Shown piece by piece: positions 37,468-46,076 of a stretch of DNA of 64,000 nt. A program made the translations under genes and the position numbers. Source of the stretch: Candidatus Dojkabacteria bacterium (GTDB taxonomy: Bacteria; Patescibacteriota; Dojkabacteria; SC72). The stretch lies in the NCBI GenBank assembly GCA_034002865.1, contig JAVEZR010000001.1:53247-117246 (forward strand), given 5' to 3'. The first letter of the stretch is position 1; each line of letters begins with the position of its first letter. The notes beneath the pieces are model-generated. The model had not been told where the DNA came from and searched no databases. It saw only the letters and a list, made by a program, of their open reading frames with translations.

Positions 37468-39324
37468 TTAGGAATTATCGTCATCCTCTTTCTTTGCAGC
37501 GTCAATCTCTGTTAGAAGTATTGAAAGGTCTGCTTCTGGCTCTGGAATACTGGTAGCTTCATTTTGAGTCACACTTTCTATCGGCTTAGGTGCTTGAAAA
37601 GATTCTGTTACTAAGTTTTCAACATCGCTACTATTACTGTACGGGTCGATATTCCCAGGGTTATTATCTTTCGGTGTAGATGGAGGGAGAGTAGGATTAA
37701 TGGTTTTCGACTCTTGAGAGTCATCTTTCCATACAGCAAAAATTATCATTGGAGTGAATATCGCAAGTACTACTAACGCAATACCTCCTGCAATTATTAA
37801 TGCAACCCTTTTGTTAATGTAGTAGCCGAAGATATTAAAACTATCAGGGTCTACATCTTCACCATCTGAGATGGAAAAGGTCCAACTCTTTTCTACAGCC
37901 TTCTCTGAGCTATCTGAGAATGAAATATCAACTTTATGTACACCCTGTTCTAAAATTTCTTCAGGTAGGTATATTACAGTATATTCATATTCAGATATCT
38001 TGTTGATTTTTATCTCAGATGTAATATCACTGTCATCAAGTAATACTTTTATACTCTCTTGGTTAACAGTAGAGTCTCTGGAAGCTATTAATGATGCTTT
38101 TATAGTGGGTTTGTTGTTCTGTACAGTATCAGAGCTTGTTGGGGAGAAGTTGATAACTTGGGGGGTATCTAGTACTACAGAATCATCAGGCTCTTTACCC
38201 TCTATTTGTCCTTTGGCTATTACAATCTCTTGTGAGACATCCATTCCAATGGCTTCAGGTTTCTGATTGTCTATAGCTCTAAGAATTACTCTGTACGTAC
38301 CATCTTTAAATTGTGAAGTATCTATGTCATATGATGATCTGTTATACTCAATTTCTTTATCTATACTTATCCAACTCTTTTCATTTGTAGGGTTAGAGGA
38401 AAGATACATTTCAAACCTAACAATGTGATTATCATCTACAGCATCCCATGCTACTTTAAGAGTTTTTTGATCAGAGATAACGGTTCTTGTTAGTGGTTCT
38501 ATTATCTTTACAGTAGGTATATCATTCTCTTTAGGACTTACACTTACAACCCATGATTGAGAGGCAAGATGCTTACTGTATCCATCATGAATGAAGATAT
38601 TGGCCAGGTAACTGGCAGCGTCTGTTGTAGAGCCCCTAAACTTTATTGTAAGTTTTCCATTACCTCCATCTTCTATTACAGTTGCTTTTAACCAATCAGT
38701 ACCAGGAGTAAATGAGTATGAGTAGTTTATTGTATCTCCATCTATGTCTTCTGCTACTAATGTGTATTCATATGTATCCCCTGTCTTTATACTTTGAGAT
38801 GGTATGGAGTTTTTAGGAAGAGTCACAAATATTGGTTTAGAGTTATCAGCTATGGCTCTTACTCCAGACACATCATATGGACTACTGACTACACATTCAT
38901 ATGTTTTCTTGTTTAAATCAAGCATTAAGCCCTTAATCTCATATGCTTTTGCAGCAGTAGGGGTGAAATTGAATGACTCTGATACTCTTTTGGGTACATC
39001 TTCACCATATGTTTTGCTTAGTAGAGGGTTGTTGTTCTCATCAATAACGGAGAGAGCTTTTATACCTAAAGATGTAGAGAGTGCATCTATCTGTACTCTA
39101 AAAGTGCTATCTACTTCCAGAGAGTATGGGTTTACATTTGGGAAGGAGATTACACAGGGGTTAACATCACTTACCTCTATATCATCAAAGGCCCTGTTTC
39201 TAATATCAAAACTCTCATCTTGTAAAAGACCGACAACAAAGACTGGTATTGAGAGGAGAAGGAGAAAGGTTAGAAACAAACTTCTTCCTTTTCTACTTTT
39301 TCTTGGGGCAAATTTTGACTTCAT
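37468..39324 (-). CDS. Multi-Ig-domain surface protein with N- and C-terminal TM anchors
   Basis: TM-DIRNRA; cadherin-like 'P.F…YEYTLVAEDIDGD' domain; further Ig-like domains; C-terminal TM and acidic tail. Confidence 0.72.
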   Translation of the reverse strand: MKSKFAPRKSRKGRSLFLTFLLLLSIPVFVVGLLQDESFDIRNRAFDDIEVSDVNPCVISFPNVNPYSLEVDSTFRVQIDALSTSLGIKALSVIDENNNPLLSKTYGEDVPKRVSESFNFTPTAAKAYEIKGLMLDLNKKTYECVVSSPYDVSGVRAIADNSKPIFVTLPKNSIPSQSIKTGDTYEYTLVAEDIDGDTINYSYSFTPGTDWLKATVIEDGGNGKLTIKFRGSTTDAASYLANIFIHDGYSKHLASQSWVVSVSPKENDIPTVKIIEPLTRTVISDQKTLKVAWDAVDDNHIVRFEMYLSSNPTNEKSWISIDKEIEYNRSSYDIDTSQFKDGTYRVILRAIDNQKPEAIGMDVSQEIVIAKGQIEGKEPDDSVVLDTPQVINFSPTSSDTVQNNKPTIKASLIASRDSTVNQESIKVLLDDSDITSEIKINKISEYEYTVIYLPEEILEQGVHKVDISFSDSSEKAVEKSWTFSISDGEDVDPDSFNIFGYYINKRVALIIAGGIALVVLAIFTPMIIFAVWKDDSQESKTINPTLPPSTPKDNNPGNIDPYSNSSDVENLVTESFQAPKPIESVTQNEATSIPEPEADLSILLTEIDAAKKEDDDNS

Positions 39325-39341
39325 TAGATATATAATAATGG

Positions 39342-40685
39342 TTATTTATTAGTAACTGCAAGTTGATCGTTTATATCCTTCTCTACATTAGTTAAAATAC
39401 TCTTTGCTTCTTTCTTGTTCTCTGCTACCTCTGTTATTGCTTCTCTAAGTAACTCCTCTACAAATCCCTGATCTCCCATCTGCCAGGATTTCATATATGG
39501 TGCCATCTCACCAATAGCTTTGGTGTACGGATTAGCTAAGAGATCTGAGTTAAGACTTATTCTAGAGTAAGGTTCTCCAAAGGCTCGTATTTTAGAGGAG
39601 TTTGTAAAGAGTAGCTTCTGCTGTTCAGGTTCACTTAGGTATTTAATAAATTTCCAGGCCTCTTTACTATTTATGCTTGTTTTACTCACACTGTCTCCCC
39701 AATACATTGAGTAGTATACAGGGTCATTGTTAGGTAGCTGAGGTAAGCTTGCTAATCCAAACTCTATCTGTGGAGCGGCTTGCAATATATCGAAAGCTCT
39801 CCAGCTAGGAGCAAACATCATAGCTAACTCTCCTTTAAAGAATGTTGTTAAATCACTTGCTAAATATGATGCCCATGTAGGATTACTTCCTGATGCAAAG
39901 CTAGTGTATGTGGTGAGAGCTGTAATGGCCCTTTCTGAGGTTAAGTTTACTTGATTCCTACTACTATTCATTATACTTGCATTGTTTTGAAGCATTAGAA
40001 AACCGAGTATGTCTGCTGAGTGTACAATATTTCTTGCAGTTCCAATTGCTAGACCAGATTGAGTTATTCTCCCAGAGCTATCTCTTTTGGTAAGCTTGTC
40101 TGCTGCTTCCATAAAGGTATCCCAATCTTCTGGGGGTTCATTGTATCCGGCTGCTGAAAGAAGCTGCTTGTTGTAAATAACCATGAGGCCATCTATCTCC
40201 CAAGGTATCGCGTATATCTGCCCATCTGCACCTGTAAAATCATCTATAGCTGTAGGGTAAAACTCTTCTGCGTACTCCTGTGTAGACATTACTTCATTGG
40301 GTAATGGAGTTAAGAATGTTTGGTATTTAGGTAACCATGTGTTGTTAATCCTAACTATGTCGGGTGCTGGTTCTGTAGAGCTAGTAGATTGTTGTAGTCT
40401 GGTATATACTCGGCTCTCGTAGTTTTTAAAAGTTTGTTGAGAGTAGAGTATCTTTACTCCAGGATTTTCTGATTCGTATTTATCTATAATCGGTTGAATT
40501 ACATCAGTAGGTTCCCATAACCCCCAATATATTAGTTCTACCTGTTGTGAAGTATCTGGCTTATCAGGTTCAGTACCACCATCTTTCTTCTTAGAAAGTA
40601 TAATGGCAGTTACTGTTACTAATATCAAAAGTACAACTGTTACTGCTGATAGTATTATGACTAATTTCTTTTGATCCTTTTCCAT
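39342..40685 (-). CDS. Sugar-type extracellular solute-binding protein (family 1)
   Basis: LIYWGLWE, APDI, IYAIP, YNKQLL, PPEDWD, F.KGELAM, AWKFIKYL; no adjacent permease. Confidence 0.88.
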   Translation of the reverse strand: MEKDQKKLVIILSAVTVVLLILVTVTAIILSKKKDGGTEPDKPDTSQQVELIYWGLWEPTDVIQPIIDKYESENPGVKILYSQQTFKNYESRVYTRLQQSTSSTEPAPDIVRINNTWLPKYQTFLTPLPNEVMSTQEYAEEFYPTAIDDFTGADGQIYAIPWEIDGLMVIYNKQLLSAAGYNEPPEDWDTFMEAADKLTKRDSSGRITQSGLAIGTARNIVHSADILGFLMLQNNASIMNSSRNQVNLTSERAITALTTYTSFASGSNPTWASYLASDLTTFFKGELAMMFAPSWRAFDILQAAPQIEFGLASLPQLPNNDPVYYSMYWGDSVSKTSINSKEAWKFIKYLSEPEQQKLLFTNSSKIRAFGEPYSRISLNSDLLANPYTKAIGEMAPYMKSWQMGDQGFVEELLREAITEVAENKKEAKSILTNVEKDINDQLAVTNK

Positions 40686-40705
40686 TAAATATCATTGTAC
40701 AAAAA

Positions 40706-41506
40706 TTAGAATCTTTCTGCTACTACAACTAATCTTTTTGTTCCAACTCCAAGTGGCCAACAAGTCATCATTGTTAATGTTTCCTTGTCACTCTGGCTCT
40801 TTAGTATGGAAAAATCATCAGGAGAAACTATTCTTTTATTCCTAACAATATATCTTAATTCCTCTCCTCCCTTATTTATACTCACACTATCTCCTATATC
40901 TACCCCCTCTAATCTTGTAAATATCGTCTCTGGTAAGTTGGAGTGCCTACTAAAGAATTTCTCTACAGCACTATGTCCATAGATAAAGGAGTTACCACCA
41001 TCTCCTGGTAGAGGTGTTCCCTTAAAGTGAGCCAATCCGAACTTAAGGTATTGGTCATATATTTTTTCATCAGAGCTTTCTACATTAGGAGTAATACGTA
41101 TATCCTTAATATCTATCTTCTCGATAGTGATATACATATTCTCTGAGTAATCTTTATTTACTATGATTGGTTTACTAGTTTTTGTTTGGGGATCATATGT
41201 AAAAATTCCTTGATACTGTAACCCTTCTGCACTATCCGAGAGATTTGCAAAGTAGCTTTTACCTGGATCATAGTAGGCAAATTCATCTGCAATATACTGT
41301 CTGTATGACTCTGGGAGAGGATCTTTCATAATCCTCTGTTTAAGCTCTTGGAATTCTCCCTGTACGTATGACCTAGTGAGAGGGAATACCTGACTTATGA
41401 TTACTACTATTCCTACCACTCCTAGTATCCAAGCTATAGTTTTTTTCATCCTTTTTACTTTCCTCTCATCTATAGAGGATATTTCTATGTTTTCATCCAT
41501 CTTCAT
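40706..41506 (-). CDS. Sortase (class D/E-like)
   Basis: GLAHFKGTPLPG…NSFIYGHS, TLTMMTCWP, KRLVVVA (His-Cys-Arg triad). Confidence 0.92.
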   Translation of the reverse strand: MKMDENIEISSIDERKVKRMKKTIAWILGVVGIVVIISQVFPLTRSYVQGEFQELKQRIMKDPLPESYRQYIADEFAYYDPGKSYFANLSDSAEGLQYQGIFTYDPQTKTSKPIIVNKDYSENMYITIEKIDIKDIRITPNVESSDEKIYDQYLKFGLAHFKGTPLPGDGGNSFIYGHSAVEKFFSRHSNLPETIFTRLEGVDIGDSVSINKGGEELRYIVRNKRIVSPDDFSILKSQSDKETLTMMTCWPLGVGTKRLVVVAERF

Positions 41507-41538
41507 ATCTTATCAATTAAATATTTCTCTGTCATTTC

Positions 41539-41575
41539 TTGGCACTCTTTGTAATTGTTTGCTAGAATTGTACCC
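41539..41575 (+). promoter_or_regulatory. Degenerate CIRCE overlapping the extended -10 leaderless promoter of dnaJ
   Basis: TTGGCACTC-N9-GTTTGCTAG (41539-41565); TGcTAGAAT (41560-41568) then 7 nt then ATG (41576). Confidence 0.65.
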
Positions 41576-42667
41576 ATGAGCAAGAAAGATTACTATGAAA
41601 TCCTTGGGATTTCAAAAGAAGCAAAAAAAGAAGAGATAAAGAAAGCATACAGGAAACTTGTTAAGAAGTATCATCCAGATGTAAATAAAGAATCTGGAAC
41701 AGATGAGAAATTTAAAGAAGTTCAGGAGGCATATGAAGTACTCTCTGATGAATCTAAGAGAAAGGCATATGATCAGTATGGACATGCAGGAACAGAAGGT
41801 TTTAATCCTGGAGCAGGCTTTAATGGATACAGTACATATGGGGACGCCCCTTTTGATATGGGAGACATCTTTAATACTTTCTTTGGAGGAGGTGCAAGTA
41901 ACTTTGGTTTTGATTTTGGACAGGGTGGGTCTAGAAGACAATCCAATTTAGGTGAAGATTTAAGATACAGAGTTAAGGTCACTTTTGCAGAGGCAATGAA
42001 GGGTGGAGAGTACAAGATAGGGATTAAGAAAAATGTTAGATGTAGTAGGTGTAGCGGAACTGGTAGTGAGAGTGGTAAAAGAAAAACCTGTGATGTATGT
42101 AACGGTACAGGTAAAGAGAGGAGAGTACAAAACAGTTTCTTAGGACAAATAGCAGTTATGGCTGAGTGTTCTAAGTGTAGAGGTATGGGTACAATTCCAG
42201 AAAAGGCTTGTACTGTATGTTCTGGTACAGGTATTGAATCTAAGAGTGAGGCAGTTAAGGTAAGAATACCTGCAGGTGCATACGATGGAATGGTCCTTCG
42301 TTTTAGAGAGGGTGGTAATGCTGGTGTAGGTGGTGGAGAATTCGGAGATCTATATATTGAGGTAGAAGTAGAACCCTCTGTAAAGTTTGATAGAAGGGGG
42401 AATGACTTGTACTCTATAGAAGATATCCCAGTTCACCTTGCAGTGTTAGGAGGCAATATTCAAATCGAAACTGTAGATGGTACTGTTAAGCTTAAGATTC
42501 CTAAGGGTACTCAATCGGGCTCTGTATTTAGAGTGAGGGGTGAAGGTGCACCTGTTCTTGGTAAAGATGGCTCTAAGGGAGATCTATATGTACGTATAGA
42601 TGTAAATATTCCAGAGAAATTAAGTAGGCAAGAGAAGAAGCTTTGGGAAGAGCTAAGTTCTCAGTAA
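41576..42667 (+). CDS. dnaJ: Chaperone DnaJ
   Basis: J-domain HPD, G/F region, four CxxCxGxG repeats; start moved to MSKKDYY. Confidence 0.98.
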   Translation: MSKKDYYEILGISKEAKKEEIKKAYRKLVKKYHPDVNKESGTDEKFKEVQEAYEVLSDESKRKAYDQYGHAGTEGFNPGAGFNGYSTYGDAPFDMGDIFNTFFGGGASNFGFDFGQGGSRRQSNLGEDLRYRVKVTFAEAMKGGEYKIGIKKNVRCSRCSGTGSESGKRKTCDVCNGTGKERRVQNSFLGQIAVMAECSKCRGMGTIPEKACTVCSGTGIESKSEAVKVRIPAGAYDGMVLRFREGGNAGVGGGEFGDLYIEVEVEPSVKFDRRGNDLYSIEDIPVHLAVLGGNIQIETVDGTVKLKIPKGTQSGSVFRVRGEGAPVLGKDGSKGDLYVRIDVNIPEKLSRQEKKLWEELSSQ

Positions 42668-42669
42668 GG

Positions 42670-42698
42670 TTTACATACTAAACTATTTCTGCTATTAT
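42670..42698 (+). promoter_or_regulatory. Sigma70 promoter of nusA-infB
   Basis: TTTACA-N17-TATTAT with an extended TG. Confidence 0.7.
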
Positions 42699-42714
42699 TA
42701 ACCAGTTATACAGG

Positions 42715-42744
42715 AGGGTGGGGCGAAGGTCTCACCTTTTTTTT
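42715..42744 (+). promoter_or_regulatory. Terminator/attenuator hairpin in the nusA leader (rimP-leader-like)
   Basis: AGGGTGGGGC-gaag-GTCTCACCTT followed by a T-run, lying between the predicted promoter and the nusA ATG. Confidence 0.65.
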
Positions 42745-42780
42745 AGTAAAGATATTTTAATTTGTTAGATATATATAAAA

Positions 42781-44007
42781 ATGGCTATGACATCAGAATT
42801 AGTAGCTGCAATTAATCAGATCGCTGCAGAGAGAGGTATAGATAAAGAGGAAGTATTTAAGGCTTTAGAGTCTGCAATATTGAGTGCAGTAAAGAAGGAT
42901 AGGTATGGAAGGGTTGATAGAGAAGATGAAGAGATAGATGAGAAGTTGGGTGCTAATCTTTTTGCAGAGGTAGATAGAGAGACAGGAGAGTTTAAGCTCT
43001 TTGCTTCAAAGGTTGTTGTTAAGAAAGTTAAAGATGAAGAGCTTGAGATTGCACTAAGTGAGGCTGAATTAATCTCCCCAAGTGTAGAGATCGGAGATGC
43101 TGTTCAGATAGAGATGCCCTCTGATGATTTAGGTAGGATTGCAACTCAAACAGCAAAGCAGGTATTACTACAAAAGATTAGAGAGTCTGAAAAGGATGCC
43201 TTAATTAGTGAATTTAGTGATAAGGTGGGAGAGGTATACACCGCATTAATGCAAAGGATGCAAAAGGGTATGGCAGTTATGGAGATAGGTAAAGCTACAG
43301 CATTTATGCCTCCTGAGGAGCAAATTGCAAACGAGTTCTATAGAGTTGGAGAAAGATACAAGGTTTTGTTAAAGAGTATAGAGGATTCTCAGATTCTAGT
43401 ATCAAGAGCAGATCCTAAATTTCTTGTTGAGCTTTTCAGATTAGAAGTCCCAGAGATAGAGTCTGGTGCTGTTGAGATTAAGGCGGTAGCAAGAGAGGCT
43501 GGCTCTAGGAGTAAAATTGCTGTAGTATCTCATCAGGATGGTATAGACCCAATTGGTTCATGCGTAGGTCAAAGAGGTATTCGTATTGCAAATGTAATGA
43601 ATGAGCTTGGGGAGGAGAAGATTGATATAATCGAGTGGGATGAAGATTTAGATAGATTTGTTGCAAATGCTCTAAGTCCTGCAAAAGTAGACTCCGTTAA
43701 AATCTCAGATGAAACAGCAACTGTTACATGTCCTTCCGATCAGCTTTCTTTAGCAATAGGTAGAGATGGACAGAATGTTAGATTAGCATGGAAGTTAACA
43801 GGTACAAAGATTGATATTGTTGGGGCACAGGGAGAAGAGGTAGAGGTGGTTGAAGATGAGAAAGAAGATAGTAAGGATGAGAAAGAGGTAAAGCCAAAGA
43901 AAAAAGCAGAAGCTAAGAAAGAGAGTAAGGAAGATATTGTAGAAGAGAAAGATGCTGTAGAAGAGTATGCGAAAGAGAGTGAAGAGGATGTAGTTAGTAA
44001 AGAATAA
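42781..44007 (+). CDS. nusA: Transcription termination/antitermination factor NusA
   Basis: GRIATQTAKQV, LFRLEVPEI, AREAGSRSKIAV, GSCVGQRG, SLAIGRDGQNVRLA; acidic tail. Confidence 0.98.
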   Translation: MAMTSELVAAINQIAAERGIDKEEVFKALESAILSAVKKDRYGRVDREDEEIDEKLGANLFAEVDRETGEFKLFASKVVVKKVKDEELEIALSEAELISPSVEIGDAVQIEMPSDDLGRIATQTAKQVLLQKIRESEKDALISEFSDKVGEVYTALMQRMQKGMAVMEIGKATAFMPPEEQIANEFYRVGERYKVLLKSIEDSQILVSRADPKFLVELFRLEVPEIESGAVEIKAVAREAGSRSKIAVVSHQDGIDPIGSCVGQRGIRIANVMNELGEEKIDIIEWDEDLDRFVANALSPAKVDSVKISDETATVTCPSDQLSLAIGRDGQNVRLAWKLTGTKIDIVGAQGEEVEVVEDEKEDSKDEKEVKPKKKAEAKKESKEDIVEEKDAVEEYAKESEEDVVSKE

Positions 44008-44023
44008 TTATAGTTTGTAAGTA

Positions 44024-45604
44024 ATGACAAAGAAGAAAGCAGTGAAAAATACAGAGGTAAATAGAGTTCCAATAGTAGCTATCTTGGGTCATGTTGATCA
44101 TGGAAAAACTACAATATTGGACCAAATACGTAAGAGTAATGTACAAAGCTGCGAAGCTGGTGGTATTACTCAGAGAATTTCTGTGTTTACTGTTTCTCCA
44201 AATAGTGATGAATCTAAGAAAATTACCTTTATTGATACCCCAGGGCATGAGGCCTTTGATTTAATGAGGCTAAGAGGGGGTAGTATTGCTGATATTGTAA
44301 TACTTGTTGTTGCTGGCAATGATGGTGTAAAGCCTCAAACTATTGAATCTATAGACATTATTAATAACTCTACTGCAAGAGCAATAGTAGTTATTAACAA
44401 GAGTGATTTGCCAGATATAGATGTTGCAAAGATAAAAAGAGATTTGGTTAAACATGGTCTTTCTGTAGAAGGGATGGGGGGGAAGATTCCAGTAATAGAG
44501 GTTTCGGGTAAAACAGGTAAGGGAATACCTGAGCTATTAGACTTAATAAATCTTGTTGTAGACATAGAAGGTTTACAAGAGAGAGAAACTCTTACAGAGG
44601 GTGTTGCAGCTAAAGCTTTTGTGTTGGAGTCTGTAAAAGAGCAATCTAAGGGGAATGTATCTACCCTAGTTCTAACGTCAGGAGATCTCTGTAAGGGATC
44701 TTGGATAGGGTATAAGATTGGAGAGAGGTTTAAGATAGAGAAAGTTAAAGGCATTATCTCTGAGGAAGGAGAGAATGTTTGTGACCTTTTCTGTGGCTAT
44801 GGAGGTAATGTAATAGGTCTCTCAGAGTTAATACCTGTTGGTTCACAAGTATATATATTAAAAGAGAATAGTGAGAAGCTTCTTTCCTCTTTATATAAAG
44901 TTGAGGAAGAAGTCGTAGAAGAAGAAGTAGTTGAAGGGGAAGAGAAAGCCATTGCTCAAGATGATATGTTTGGGGATTTGTTCAAAGAGGAAAAAGAAGA
45001 GGGAGAGAATTTCCTAAACGTTATACTTAAAAGCTCTTCGGAGGGATCTCTTGAGGCTATTAAGAAATCTCTTAGTAAGGTAGAGAAAGATGGGTATAAA
45101 GTAAAAGTTATATCTGAAGGAGTTGGTGATGTTAGTTTACAAGATGTAGAGATGGCTAAGCTCTCCAAGGCTATTCTTTTAGGATTTGAAGTTGGTAGTG
45201 AGAGGGGCGTACAAGATATTTCTAAGAAGAGTGGGGTTTTATACCGTACATATTCAATTATCTACAAACTAGTTGAAGAGATTGAGGATGCTCTAGATAT
45301 GCTCTCCGCTCCTGCACATGAAGAGGAAGAGATAGGGAGTGGAGTTATAAAGATGATTATTACCCTTACAGATGGATCTAAGGTATTGGGAACAAGAGTT
45401 AAAGATGGTATATTAAAGAGAGATTGTAAATGTTACTTGGTTAGAAATGATGAAATTCTTGGAGAGAGTAAGATTAAATCTTTAAGAAAGAGCAAAGATA
45501 CAGTTACTCAAGTAAAGCAGGGAGAAGAGTGTGGAGTTATATTGAATAGCAATGTAGAAGCCCAAGAGGGAGACGAGCTTTACTGTTATAAGGTTATTCA
45601 TTAG
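44024..45604 (+). CDS. infB: Translation initiation factor IF-2, compact form
   Basis: GHVDHGKTT, EAGGITQ, DTPGHEAF, NKSD, GSLEAI, ECGV; the long N-terminal domain is absent. Confidence 0.95.
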   Translation: MTKKKAVKNTEVNRVPIVAILGHVDHGKTTILDQIRKSNVQSCEAGGITQRISVFTVSPNSDESKKITFIDTPGHEAFDLMRLRGGSIADIVILVVAGNDGVKPQTIESIDIINNSTARAIVVINKSDLPDIDVAKIKRDLVKHGLSVEGMGGKIPVIEVSGKTGKGIPELLDLINLVVDIEGLQERETLTEGVAAKAFVLESVKEQSKGNVSTLVLTSGDLCKGSWIGYKIGERFKIEKVKGIISEEGENVCDLFCGYGGNVIGLSELIPVGSQVYILKENSEKLLSSLYKVEEEVVEEEVVEGEEKAIAQDDMFGDLFKEEKEEGENFLNVILKSSSEGSLEAIKKSLSKVEKDGYKVKVISEGVGDVSLQDVEMAKLSKAILLGFEVGSERGVQDISKKSGVLYRTYSIIYKLVEEIEDALDMLSAPAHEEEEIGSGVIKMIITLTDGSKVLGTRVKDGILKRDCKCYLVRNDEILGESKIKSLRKSKDTVTQVKQGEECGVILNSNVEAQEGDELYCYKVIH

Positions 45605-45611
45605 TTAAAAG

Positions 45612-45640
45612 TTGACACAAACCCTATAAGGATATAAAAT
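45612..45640 (+). promoter_or_regulatory. Sigma70 promoter of rpsO-pnp
   Basis: TTGACA-N17-TAAAAT. Confidence 0.85.
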
Positions 45641-45702
45641 AGGCTTTGTATTGTCTGTTGTTAGTATTGTAAAATTAATTATATGGTGTTAATCTTGAAT
45701 AT

Positions 45703-45966
45703 ATGTCACTAGTCAAAGAAGAAAAGCAGAATATAATAAACGAATTTGCCCTCCATGAGGGTGATACTGGTTCTCCAGAAGTTCAGATAGCTATCCTTAC
45801 AGAAGAGATCACTAGATTAACTGAACATCTAAAGGATCATAAGAAAGATAATCACTCAAGGAGAGGCTTGCTACAGAAGGTAGGTAAGAGACGAAGACTT
45901 ATTCAATATCTTCAACTTAACGAACCTGAAAGATACGAGACATTTTCAAAGAAAATAAAGATATAG
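45703..45966 (+). CDS. rpsO: 30S ribosomal protein S15
   Basis: [13 protein letters not shown]…[16 protein letters not shown]. Confidence 0.98.
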   Translation: MSLVKEEKQNIINEFALHEGDTGSPEVQIAILTEEITRLTEHLKDHKKDNHSRRGLLQKVGKRRRLIQYLQLNEPERYETFSKKIKI

Positions 45967-45969
45967 CTT

Positions 45970-45998
45970 AGGGGCTTTTGTTAAAAGCCTTTCTTTTT
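45970..45998 (+). terminator. Terminator-like hairpin between rpsO and pnp
   Basis: AGGGGCTTTT-gtt-AAAAGCCTTT followed by cttttt. Confidence 0.6.
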
Positions 45999-46076
45999 CT
46001 CCTCTCTCTTGATATAACTTCTAAGTTAAAGGCCTAAAGCCTGAGTTTTGATAATTTAATATTTATACATTTATTT

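Noticed and set aside
37670-37700. LPPST as a sortase motif in the multi-Ig protein
   Set aside because: It lies after the C-terminal TM (cytoplasmic side) and lacks the Gly
45641-45702. S15 autoregulatory leader RNA
   Set aside because: The position is plausible, but I could not identify a convincing conserved structure by eye
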